NCBI GenBank assembly: GCA_040285825.1
Contig: JAUPSS010000010.1
Span: 124,001 to 188,000, forward strand
Source of the DNA: Eukaryota sp. TZLM1-RC
Lineage: Eukaryota > Protista > Metamonada: BaSk clade
Length of the DNA: 64,000 nucleotides
Direction: 5' to 3'
The position numbers and the translations under genes were made by a program. Position 1 is the first letter of the stretch; every line of letters begins with the position of its first letter. The notes below the pieces were generated by a model. It did no database searches and had not been told where the DNA came from. It was given only the letters and a program-made list of their open reading frames with translations. Shown here one piece after another: positions 53,521-64,000 of this stretch.

Positions 53521-53966
53521 TTTTCTTAATTTTAATTTATTATTAAACTACAGTCTAAAAGTCAATATCTTCAAAACAAGCTTCCACACCATCAAACCTC
53601 ACAACAGCAATTTCTTCGTAATGTGCACTGACAGACATCAAAGCTTTCGAAATCATTTTACGAATTGATTTGAAAATTTTTTTTTATAAATTGAAATTTA
53701 TTTTCAACGCTAACAAAACATTAAACAAAAAACTAGAAATATTTTTTTTCTTCCCCCCAGTATCGAACTTCCTTCCTCTCCATCATGATTGTTGAAAACC
53801 TCCCTTTTCACGGTCCAGGCCCTCCTATTGCTTTCTTACCCATTATACCATACTGCTCTACGTTGTCTCCTTTTGTTGTTGACTCTACTGAATGTTTTTC
53901 CACTGATAACATCATCCTTTGAAACATCCATTTGGAGACAAATTAGTTCTCTTCTTACAAGCATTT

Positions 53967-54499
53967 AGCGTATGGTTATATTTTTATTCAACAACAAATA
54001 TGAAATACACAATTAAAACTCCACATCCTCAAAACCTGCCTCCCCTACATCAAAACAATTAATTGCTAAAGATTCAGAAAATTTCCCAAAAGAAGATAGT
54101 GAATCAGAAATTAGTTTTACCATTCCCTTAAAAATAGAAAATACAATCCTGTTTTGCCAGTAAACACGATTGAAAATTCTTCCAGTTCTTTCCTTTACAA
54201 CTACAACAAAATTCTCAAGGAAAGCCATAGCAGCCTTATCTAGAGATCCAAGCAAAGAAAAAACAAAGGGACATAAATTATATTGGGCATGAGAATTTTC
54301 ATTAACCGAGGAAATGGGTTTCGCATATTTAGCAATTTTATATTTTTCGCCTGCAAGAAGAGGATTATTTACATCCGAGTTAATGAGATGTTCGTTAGAG
54401 GAATTACAAGGGTCAATAGATATGGCGTCCAAAATAGTAAAACTACCATTTAAACCAGGAACAACTAGATCACCTCTTGTCAGACCCATAGAAGCTCTG
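53967..54499 (-). mobile_element. Family E 3' part inserted antisense into H
   Basis: TSD tcttacaagcattt at 53953-53966 and 54500-54513; RLE ORF 54013-54489. Confidence 0.92.
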
Positions 54500-54567
54500 T
54501 CTTACAAGCATTTTGTTTTTTGTTCAATTTGACTTGACCATCAGCAGATGTTCCCATTTCTCTTCTC

Positions 54568-54804
54568 ATGAAAAGCTTGCTGTCGCCTTTAAACCGCTCT
54601 TGGAGCTTCTCAGACGTCCGCTTAGTAATGGAAATAGAGAGTTTGTGACTCCTTTACTGAAGGTTTCGTCAGTTGTTTTTGAGATAGAATCCTCACTCTT
54701 CTTATTGGATGTTGTTGCTGGTTCAAACATTCGTATGTGTGATGAAAAGCTTGCTGTCGCCTTTAAAACGCTCTTGCAGCATCTTAGGCGGCCGCTTAGT
54801 AATG
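54568..54804 (+). repeat. 63-bp imperfect direct repeat in H (54568-54630, 54742-54804)
   Basis: 6 mismatches; encodes EKLAVAFK(P/T)LL(E/Q)(L/H)LRRPLSN twice in the same frame. Confidence 0.9.
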
Positions 54805-55356
54805 TCAATCATGTACTGTTTTGCTTTGTGCTGGTTGTTCAGTGTCTTTTTGGAGTATTGACCACTAGTAGTGGGGTAGTTGGATAAGGAATGTTTGAAT
54901 TGTCGTAGTATTTAGCTCATTTGATAAAAATTGGTTCTTTAAAATAATAAAAAAAATAAAAATAAAAAAAAACTAGAACTCAATATCCTCAATACACGCA
55001 TCAACATCATCAAATCTTTTCAGCGCGCGATTTTCATACTCTATTCCAAATTGTAACAGTGCTTTGGTCAACATTTCTGGAATTGCTTTAAGAATACTAA
55101 AAACAATTCTATTGTGCCAGAAATTGAAGTTCAATTCTTTTCCTGCTCTTTCTTTTATTAAACTTCTGAAATCTTCAAGAAATTTAATGCCAGATATTCC
55201 AATGTTACCAAAAAGAGAAACAGCAAATGGAACCAACTGATACTTGACATGCTCAACACGTCCTAGCTGAGATAAGGGTTCATTATACTTTTTGATTATG
55301 CTCTTTTCAGCAAAGCAAAGTGGAGTTTCATCTCTTTTAGCAAAATCAATTGCTGA

Positions 55357-56186
55357 TGTTGTTGTCGAACTTAAATTGAATTAGTAGGTTTCATTGTATT
55401 TTGACTGATGACGTGATACTCGTTTATGAATCAGTTTTATTAATAAACTCAGATTTCTCTCTCTTCTTCGTGTGTTCATCTGCCTAACGGCATCAATAAT
55501 TATTGGCCCTTCTTATTTCAGATGACTGTTCCCTCTGTTAACCTGACGTCTCTTTCTTCCATGAAAGTTGAAAGTGTTCTTCTGTTCCTATAGGAGTGAA
55601 AGATTTATTCTTCGGTGACTCCTAAGAAAGAGCTTGTTCCAGCAAGACTCTTGGTCGATTCTTTTCTGTTAGAGTCCCTATCTCTCCAGAAATCCGACGG
55701 CTGATCCAGTGACGATGTTCTTCTCAGACATCTACAATCTGTCGTATCGTTCGCCATGTACGAAGATTTTAGTCTGGCTATGTCAGAACTGATGCTTTAT
55801 GTCCGTATTGGTGACGTCCGAGAACGTATGTCCTGTTACCTGCGACGTTTTTTTTCCAGGTAAAGAGTAGGGCTTCCGGACTGAAGTTGCCAGACATAGC
55901 TTTTCTGAACCGATTTGCCAGAGGACTTCTTTTCGTAGGTATCCAACGTTCTCATACCATCGATGCACCGGAGAATTTAACAAACCCCATATCTCCCCTC
56001 TATTGAGCCAGTACTGTATTTGTCCCCAGAAAAATGGGAAAAGGTAGTGTTGTTGTCGAACTTAAATTGAATTAGTAGGTTTCATTGTATTTTGTCTGAT
56101 GACGTGATACTCGTTTATGAATCAGTTTTATTAATAAACTCAGATTTCTCTCTCTTCTTCGTGTGTTCATCTGCCTAACGGCATCA
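55357..56186 (+). mobile_element. TRIM-like non-autonomous LTR retrotransposon, 830 bp
   Basis: 139-bp LTRs TG..CA (55357-55495, 56048-56186; 1 mismatch), 4-bp TSD ctga, purine-rich tract 56028-56047, possible PBS TGGCCCTTC at 55504. Confidence 0.92.
55522..56047 (+). pseudogene. Degenerate gag-like reading frame inside the TRIM
   Basis: MTVPSVNLTSLSSMKVESVLLFL*E*KIY..G*..IGDVRERMSCYLRRF, then a shift at the T-run ..SGLKLPDIAFLNRFARGL; position after the 5' LTR fits gag. Confidence 0.45.
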
Positions 56187-57919
56187 CTGAGTCTTTACAA
56201 ACATCAACAGTAACAACATCAACAACTTTAATAACCCCATCAGACGCAGGGGTAATTAAATCAGCACGGCGTTTCCCAAAAGTATTTTCATCTTCATTTT
56301 CAGATGACAACCTTCGCACAAGTGGTTCAACAAAAGCTTCAATGTGATGACTTTTGCACATAGCGTATAGTTGGTCTCTAACAGCATCGTGAACAACTGA
56401 GCGATATGTATTTGAAAATAGTAAAAACAATACGATTTAGCCACAAGCAACGATCAAAACGCTTATTCATTCTTCTTTTTACAAGATTTTCAAAATCATC
56501 AATAAAATTCATTGCAGTATTTCGAAGACGACCATATAACGATATAGCAAATGGGCAAATTTGGTAATCTACATGGCGAACATGTTTCAATTCTTTTAAA
56601 GGATTTGCATATTTTTTTCGTTTGTACAATTCGGAGTCATCAAGGGGAGATACTTCGGATTGTGCATTTCTCAAGGCATTTTTCTTGCAAACATCCACTG
56701 TTTCAACATCAACAACATTCATGACATCATCAAACGAGGGCACAACAACATCAGCACGTCGTTTTCCATATTCTGAATCTCTTACGCTTTCATTTATATC
56801 AAGAGACCTCAGCAAAGGTTCTACAAAAGATTCAATATGATAGGAATTACACATTGCATGGATTTGATCTCTGACTGCATCATGCAACGTAGAACGATAG
56901 GAAATAAATCTATTACAATTAAATAAATGTGATAATGTCAAACCAGCTCCACATTTTCAAAACAAATCATTGGGCAAATTACAAGGCCATAAATAACAAC
57001 GCATTCTCATAGCAGTGGTCCATTGGTCGTCATTCAAAAGTAGGCCATAAATCTGGGGAATTTGATTTATCAAAACTGCAGATGAACTGTCCTTCAAATC
57101 AATCAAAAAATTTGCAAAAGCAGGATTTTCTTTCTTAGCCGTGCTAAGTCGAACAATAAAATCCTTGCTTTCAAATTTTTTCAAGAGATGTCGTTGGAGC
57201 TTTTTCAACGCAAATTTTAAAGAATACAAACTTCTGTCTGGAATTTCTTGAATGGATATGGGGAAACATGATTGCCATAAGTCGGGAGATAAACTGGATA
57301 TTTCTTCTCTTAAGTTATCGAGGAATAGGCTATTTGTAGTTTCAAGAAGATTTTCGGCAAAAGAATATCTTCTAGAGAATTCAAATACAAAATTTTTTCC
57401 ACCACCAATAAATGCAGCTTTGGTCAAATATTTTGATGAATTGAATCCAACACCGCCAAGTTGAACATCAGAAAAAATATGATTTTTCAAAATTGATGGA
57501 TCAACAGACATTAAATAAGCCAAAAATTCAGTACGTATTTTGTTAAATTGTCTACAAAAATTGTAAGTTAGGGATGGAGGTAATGATCTCAGTAAATGAG
57601 TAATTTTTCCAGCATAACAAATTTTCAAAAGAAAATACTTAAGATGTTTTTCCAATTCAAGGGTCTTTATGACTTCTAGCTCTTTTTTAATTGAATTTAA
57701 ATAGTTGTTAAGGCTATCAAGTGTCTTTTCGGTTGTTTTGTTTTTTTTTAATTTATTGTTAAACTACAGTCTAAAAGTCAATATCTTCAAAACAAGCTTC
57801 CACACAATCAAACCTCACAACAGCAATTTCTTCGTAATGTGCACTGACAGACATCAAAGCTTTCGAAATCATTTTAGGAATTGATTTGAAAATAGTAAAA
57901 ACAATACGATTTAGCCACA

Positions 57920-60442
57920 TTTTTTTTTCTCCCTCCCTTAGTCAACCCTCTCATATTTCACTTTCTGTCACGGCGTCAAAGTCGTACTGTTTCTCTGTCA
58001 AAACGATGCCATTGGCTGATAGTGACTCTGATACTGATTGGAACGCCCAAGTAAAGATTCTACCAGTCAGACCAAGCTCATCTTCTTCACTTCTCCACTC
58101 TCCCCACAATACAAGCTATGCTCGAAATTCATCTCAAAAAAATTTCAATTCAAAAACTGATCATTGTACCAGAAAAAACACACAAAAACCACAATTACGT
58201 TCCTTACGTTCTGTTGCACGTTCTATTAACAACTCCGTTTCTCGAAATTTGTTTTTTCCAGCTGAAATTGGAAAAAGTCAAAAATCTATTTCTACTTTTA
58301 ACTCACCAATTGACAAAATAGAAATAACTGAAAAAATGAAACCATTACCATAAAAAACTGGAAAAGTTCATTCTCAGAGTTGTGGTAAATGTCGTCAACC
58401 GGGACATAACGTTAAAACATGTCCCCAAGTAAAACAAGAACAATTCAAAGCTCGTGCTGCATCTGCTGATTTGAAACAATCACTCTCTTCGTTACCCATA
58501 AATGATGATAATGCTGATCAAGAAATACCAGCAATAGTACCTGTTAATTCATCCATTGATTCTCCGAATAATAAGTGTATATTTTGTACCAAAAATTTGG
58601 GCATTAATTCTTCTGGCCGACCATTACGTTTTTGCGAATCATGTAAAGCTGTTGATTCCTTGAGGCCTCCAATACGTGTTCCATCACAGGTAAGTCCTCT
58701 TTCTTGCATCCCCTTTTCGATTAGTTTTCGAAAATTTACTACCAATTTAAAAAAAGGCATATGGGATGTAACACCGCTATGGAAATTTTTTTTGCTTAAA
58801 GATAAAAAATTATTGTCATCGAAATCAAAATTTCGTCCTTCAGTAATGAAGAAAGAAAAAATTGTTCGAAAATTAGCTTTAAAGGGACGCTATGGTTCCG
58901 CTAAGCAATGCCTGTTTTCATCTGAACTTGCAGAATGTAATGAAAATACTATTGCTCAACTAAAGAGTCTCCATCCTGTTGAAAATTTTAAGTGCCCTAA
59001 ACCTAATAATGTAAGTTATTGGGAGCAAAATCCCGTAACTAATGATGAACTAATTAAATTGATTAACCACTTACCATCTGGAAAAGCGCCTGGTCCATCA
59101 ATGATCACTTTTGACATGTTAAAATCCACGATAAACCAATGTCCTGAATGCATTGATGATTTGGTTTTCTTTTTCAACAAAATTTTAACATTAAAAATCA
59201 AGCTTCCATCTGAAATGACAAGTTCACGCTTAATTGCTTTAAAAAAGAATGAATCAAAAATAAGGCCTATTGCAATTGGTAAATCTTTGTCTCGTATTCT
59301 TGCTTCAGCTGTGTTTGGCAGGATTGGTAAAAAAGCTAAAGATTTTTTTAGTCATTTCCAATTTGGAATTAAAACAGTTGATGGTGCATCTGCTGCAGAA
59401 CTCTCTTCTGATGTCTTTTTTAATTCAAATACTTCGAATTATATTTTTAATTTAGATTTTAAAAACGCTTTCAATGCAGTGAAGAGGTCGTCGATCTTGC
59501 CCTTGCTGCAAACTCATTTTCCAGAAGCTGAGTCGTTCTTTTACAATTTTTATGGCTCACAGTCGACTCTTGTTTATGAGGAATTCAATCTAATATCATC
59601 ATCTGGTGTCAAACAAGGTGATCCATTAGGTCCTTTCTTTTTCTGCCTTGCTATCCATCCTTTGATGTGTGAATTAAAACAAGAATTTCCAGATGTTCAT
59701 ATAACTGCTTATATGGATGACATATCAATAATTGGTCCAATTGATTCATTGAGAACAATTGCTGAAATTGTTCAACAGCGCTATTATCAAATTGGTCTTT
59801 CTCTAAATATTTCCAAATGTTTATTGATTGGTAGAGAGCCTGCTGATCTCATTATTGATGATCAAAGTGTTCCTTTTATCAATTATTTTGAATCAGGATT
59901 TCGTTTTTTAGGTTGTTATTTAGGCAATTTTGATGAAATTCGAAATCAACTTTCCTCTCTTTTGGATAATTTTGAAGAAGAATTGATGGTTCTTTCAGAT
60001 TTAAATATTGAAAAACATCTTAAATTTTTCTTCCTCAGAATTTGTTATTCAGGGAAATTTACTCATATTTTACGATCAACATCACCATCTATTTCTCTCG
60101 AATTTTGCAGAATTTTTAATGAATTAAGAACAAAATTTTTGGCTAATTTGCTCGATATTGATTCTTCTTTTTTACGTAGTCATATTTTTCAGAAGTTTAA
60201 TAAAAGAAAGAGCAGGAAAAGAATTGAACTTCAATTTCTGGCATAATAGAATTGTTTTTAGTATTCTTAAAGCAATTCCAGAAATGTTGACCAAAGCACT
60301 GTTACAATTAGGAATAGAGTATGAAAATCGCGCGCTGAAAAGATTTGATGATGTTGATGCGTGTATTGAGGATATTGAGTTCTAGTTTTTTGTTTAATGT
60401 TTTGTTAGCGTTGAAAATAAATTTCAATTTATTGAAAAAAAA
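57920..60442 (+). mobile_element. Chimeric element: A-type 5' end plus C-type body, internally deleted, inserted antisense into B
   Basis: TSD atttagccaca at 57909-57919 and 60443-60453; T9 leader; C 3' UTR plus poly(A); jump at about 60190 deletes CCHC and most of the RLE. Confidence 0.92.
58006..60385 (+). pseudogene. A/C fusion polyprotein: one in-frame stop (58351-58353), RT uninterrupted, RLE deleted
   Basis: MPLADSDSDTDW..KPLP*KTGKVHSQSCGKCRQPGHNVKTC continues in frame into ORF 58471-60246 (YMDD). Confidence 0.85.
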
Positions 60443-61085
60443 ATTTAGCCACAGGCGACGATCAAAACGCTTATTCATTCTTCTTTTCACAAGATTTTCA
60501 AAATCATCAATAAAATTCATTGCAGTATTTCCAAGACGACCATATAACGATATAGCAAATGGGCAAATTTGGTAATCTACATGGCGAACATGTTTCAATT
60601 CTTTTAAAGGATTTGCATATTTTTTTCGTTTGTACAATTCGGAGTCATCAAGGGGAGATACTTCGGATTGTGCATTTCTCAAGGCATTTTTCTTGCAAAC
60701 ATCCACTGTTACGACATCAACAACATTCATGACATCATCAAACGAGGGCACAACAACATCAGCACGTCGTTTTCCATATTCTGAATCTCTTACGCTTTCA
60801 TTTATATCAAGAGACCTCAACAAAGGTTCTACAAAAGATTCAATATGATAGGAATTACACATTGCATGGATTTGATCTCTTACTGCATCATGAAACGTAG
60901 AACGATAGGAAATAAATCTATTACAATTAAATAAATGTGATAATGTCAAACCAGCTCCACATTTGCAAAACAAATCATTGGGCAAATTACAAGGCCATAA
61001 ATAACAACGCATTCTCATAGCAGTGGTCCATTGGTCGTCATTCAAAAGTAGGCCATAAATCTGGGGAACTTGATTTATCAAAACT

Positions 61086-62167
61086 TTTTTTTTACTTGAA
61101 ATATTTTTATTCAACAACAAATATGAAATACACAATTAAAACTCCACATCCTCAAAACCTGCCTCCCCTACATCAAAACAATTAATTGCTAAAGATTCAG
61201 AAAATTTCCCAAAAGAAGATAGTGAATCAGAAATTAGTTTTACCATTCCCTTAAAAATAGAAAATACAATCCTGTTTTGCCAATAAACACGATTGAAAAT
61301 TCTTCCAGTTCTTTCCTTTACAACTACAACAAAATCCTCAAGGAAAGCCATAGCAGCCTTACCTAGAGATCCAAGCAAAGAAAAAACAAAGGGACATAAA
61401 TTATATTGGGCATGAGAATTTTCATTAACCGAGGAAATGGGTTTCGCATATTTAGCAATTTTATATTTTTCGCCTGCAAGAAGGGGATTATTTACATCCG
61501 AGTTAATGAGATGTTCGTTAGAGGAATTACAAGGGTCAATAGACATGGCGTCCAAAATAGTAAAACTACCATTTACACCAGGAACAACTCGATCACCTCT
61601 TGTCAGACCCATAGAAGCTCTGTTGTAACGCGTACTATCAATATTGGGATCATCAAGAATTAATTTTGATAACAGCGGTTCTAAAAAGGAATCTACTCGA
61701 TATGATTTGCACATTACATAAATTTGGTCCCTGACATTATTATGCACTTTGCTTCTAAACGTAATGAAATGTTTACAGTTCAAAAGATGAGTAAACAAAA
61801 GAGGTTTACCACATTTACAAGTTAAATGATTGGGCAAATTGTTTAGCCACAGAAAACAACGAAAACGCATGTTGAGAAGCCATTCATTGTTTTTTTAACA
61901 AAAGTCCATAAACAGAGGGAATTTGAGTTACTAAAGCAGCAGCAGAACTATCACGAATATCCTTTAAAAAATTACCGAAAGCGGGATTTTTAGTTTTGGC
62001 CAAGCCAAGTCTTACTTCATAATCCAAGCCTTCATATAATTTAACCAGATGGTTCTGAAGTTTTTTCAAGCAAAAACGTAAATTTGGAAGTGATCGGGTG
62101 GGAATTTTTTGAACATTTTGAGGAAAACACTGAATCCAGATATCACTAGGCAAATTATCTAATTCGA
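61086..62167 (-). mobile_element. Family E 3' third inserted in sense into B
   Basis: TSD tatcaaaact at 61076-61085 and 62168-62177; ORFs 61136-61870 and 61884-62153. Confidence 0.92.
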
Positions 62168-62543
62168 TATCAAAACTGCAGATGAACTGTCCTTCAAATC
62201 AATCAAAAAATTTGCAAAAGCAGGATTTTCTTTCTTAGCCGTGCTAAGTCGAACAATAAAATCCTTGCTTTCAAATTTTTTCAAGAGATGTCGTTGGAGC
62301 TTTTTCAACGCAAATTTTAATGAATACAAACTTCTGTCTGGAATTTCTTGAATGGATATGGGGAAACATGATTGCCATAAGTCGGGAGATAAACTGGATA
62401 TTTCTTCTCTTAAGTTATCGAGGAATAGGCTATTTGTAGTTTCAAGAAGATTTTCGGCACAAGGATATCTTCTAGAGAATTCAAATACAAAATTTTTTCC
62501 ACCACCAATAAATGCAACTTTGGTCAAATATTTTGATGAATTG

Positions 62544-64000
62544 TTGGTTTTCAGGAAAACGTTTCAAAAATTCAAAAACGAAATTTTTGCCTCCACCGAT
62601 GAATGCGGCTTTACACAAATATTTTGATTTGTGAAAATCCAGGCCTCCCAATTCTGTGCTACAAAAAATATGACTACGTAAAAAAGAAGAATCAATATCG
62701 AGCAAAATAGCCAAAAATTTTGTTCTTAAGTCATTAAAAATTCTGCAAAATTCGAGAGATATAGATGGTGATGTTGATCGTAAAACATGAGTAAATTTCC
62801 CTGAATAACAAATTCTGTTTTTTAACCAAAATTTTAATTTTATTCAAAACCTATAAATCAACATCTAAAAAATCCATCTCTCCCAAAACAAAAACACTAG
62901 ATGCAACTCTCTCATAGTGAGATCCAAGAGAAAGCAAAGCATCAGAAACCATCTTCAACATCCTTTTAAAAATAGAAAACACAATTCTATTTTGCCAAAA
63001 CAATCTGTTGAAATTTCTGCCAGTTCTTCTCTTTACAATCATTTCAAAATCTTCCAAAAAACGTAAAGCAGTTGGTGCAAGTGAACCAAAAAGGGAAAAT
63101 ACAAATGGATACAAATTGTATTTTGCATGCTGTAGACTGGCCAATTTGGACAAAGGTTCATTGTATTTTTTGAATTTGAAATTTTCAGCATTTGAAAGAG
63201 GATTATGAATTTCAGAATTAACAAGCCTTTCATTTGAGGCATTACAAGGATCAACAGACATTACATCCAATAAAATGAAACTTCCATCTAATCCAGGTAA
63301 TACAACATCACCTCTATTATTCTTATGAAAATCATCTTCAGCATCAAACAGATTTGACAACAGAGGTTCCAAGAAGGATTCAATTCTATGAGATTTACAC
63401 ATACAATATAACTGGTCTCTTACAGCATCATGAACCTTGCTTCTAAAAGTAATAAAATGTTTGAAATTTAACAAATGAGTAATTGTACATTCTCGAGAAC
63501 ATTTACAAATTAAATTATGAGGTAAATTATCAGGCCAAATAAAGGAACGAAATCTCATATTCAGAGTCCAAGCAGAATCGGATAAGAGAGAACCATAAAC
63601 TTGTGGAATTGTTGTTACTAAGGCAGAAGAAGTACTGTCACACATATCTTGTAAAAGATTTGCAAAAGCGGGATTTCTTGGCCAAGCCAAGTCTAACATC
63701 AAAATCCAAGCTTTCAAAAATCTTTGACAATTTTAGAATAACAAATTCTGAGGAAGAAAAATTTAAGATGTTTTTCAATATTTAAATCTGAAAGAACCAT
63801 CAATTCTTCTTCAAAGTTATCCAAAAGAGAGGAAAGTTGATTTCGAATTTCATCAAAATTGCCTAAATAACAACCTAAAAAACCAAATCCTGATTCAAAA
63901 TAATTGATAAAAGGAACACTTTGATCATCAATAATGAGATCAGCAGGCTCTCTACCAATCAATAAACATTTGGAAATATTTAGAGAAAGACCAATTTGAT
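62544..64000 (-). mobile_element. Family C internal segment split by A2 (runs off window)
   Basis: Pieces 62544-62817 and 63736-64000 are colinear with C. Confidence 0.87.
62818..63735 (-). mobile_element. Family A2 3' part inserted in sense into C
   Basis: 15-bp TSD gaataacaaattctg at 62803-62817 and 63736-63750; ORF 62851-63717. Confidence 0.93.

Larger units (their letters stand above)
53739..54966 (+). mobile_element. Element H: about 680-bp non-RT retroposed sequence (SINE-like element or processed retrocopy), split by E
   Basis: TSD aaaaaactagaa at 53727-53738 and 54967-54978; 5' T8-cttcccccc; A-rich tail; no similarity to the LINE ORFs. Confidence 0.85.
53678..56409 (-). mobile_element. 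Family C 3' part inserted in sense into B; hosts H and the TRIM
   Basis: TSD atttgaaaat at 53668-53677 and 56410-56419; pieces 53678-53738, 54967-55356, 56187-56409. Confidence 0.9.
53517..57732 (-). mobile_element. Family B2 copy split by C (segments 53517-53677, 56410-57732)
   Basis: Rejoins across TSD atttgaaaat. Confidence 0.88.
57733..62543 (-). mobile_element. Family B2 copy split by the A/C chimera and by E (segments 57733-57919, 60443-61085, 62168-62543)
   Basis: Colinear after removal of the TSD-flanked inserts. Confidence 0.88.

Noticed and set aside
55783-55983. Minus-strand 66-aa ORF in the TRIM as a gene
   Set aside because: No motif, no ATG start, and antisense to the PBS/PPT orientation and to the gag-like frame
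1-64000. Prokaryotic RT system (retron, DGR, group II intron, RT-Cas) or CRISPR array
   Set aside because: Poly(A) tails, AATAAA, 5' truncations, TSDs and the CCHC-RLE domain identify eukaryotic non-LTR elements; no repeat-spacer periodicity or TR/VR pair is visible
1-64000. Telomeric retrotransposon array (HeT-A/TART, Cnl1, MoTeR style)
   Set aside because: No telomeric repeat at any junction and orientation is mixed, not polarised; a subtelomeric position cannot be excluded from this window alone
1-64000. Whole region as an assembly artefact of chimeric reads
   Set aside because: About 25 matching TSD pairs, some more than 9 kb apart, restore colinear hosts; mis-assembly would not create these, although individual duplications still need read support

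Overview
AT-rich eukaryotic DNA with no intact host gene. Almost all 64 kb is a nested island of single-ORF non-LTR retrotransposons carrying a restriction-like endonuclease (RLE). The motifs point to the CRE/Cnl1/MoTeR group: N-terminal CCHC knuckle and CxxC..CxxC, RT with RPIAVGE / LDFKNAFNS / QGDPLGP / YMDD, and a C-terminal CxC..H..C plus R-x-D..D..K..KY. I resolve seven families by their C-termini and 3' UTRs (my labels): A ..DFLDVDL*, B ..CFEDIDF*, C ..CIEDIEF*, D ..CLEDIEF*, E ..GFEDVEF*, F ..FVEEILV*, G ..LVSYVF*. About 25 insertions have readable 5-17 bp target-site duplications (TSDs). Every target is another retroposed element, nesting reaches five levels, 18 of 25 insertions are antisense to their host, and there is no target consensus. 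Copies of A (7800-12011), B (17452-20769) and D (31780-35055) retain both ends. The window also holds an in-frame A/C chimera, a poly(A)-tailed non-RT retrocopy with a hidden ORF (H), an 830-bp TRIM-like LTR element and a tandem triplication of part of A. Near-identical subfamilies fill the middle and variant ones lie at the edges. My leading interpretation (inference) is a region-targeted retrotransposon domain, such as a retroelement-built centromere or a small-RNA trap cluster. Coordinates were read by eye and junctions may be off by a few bp.
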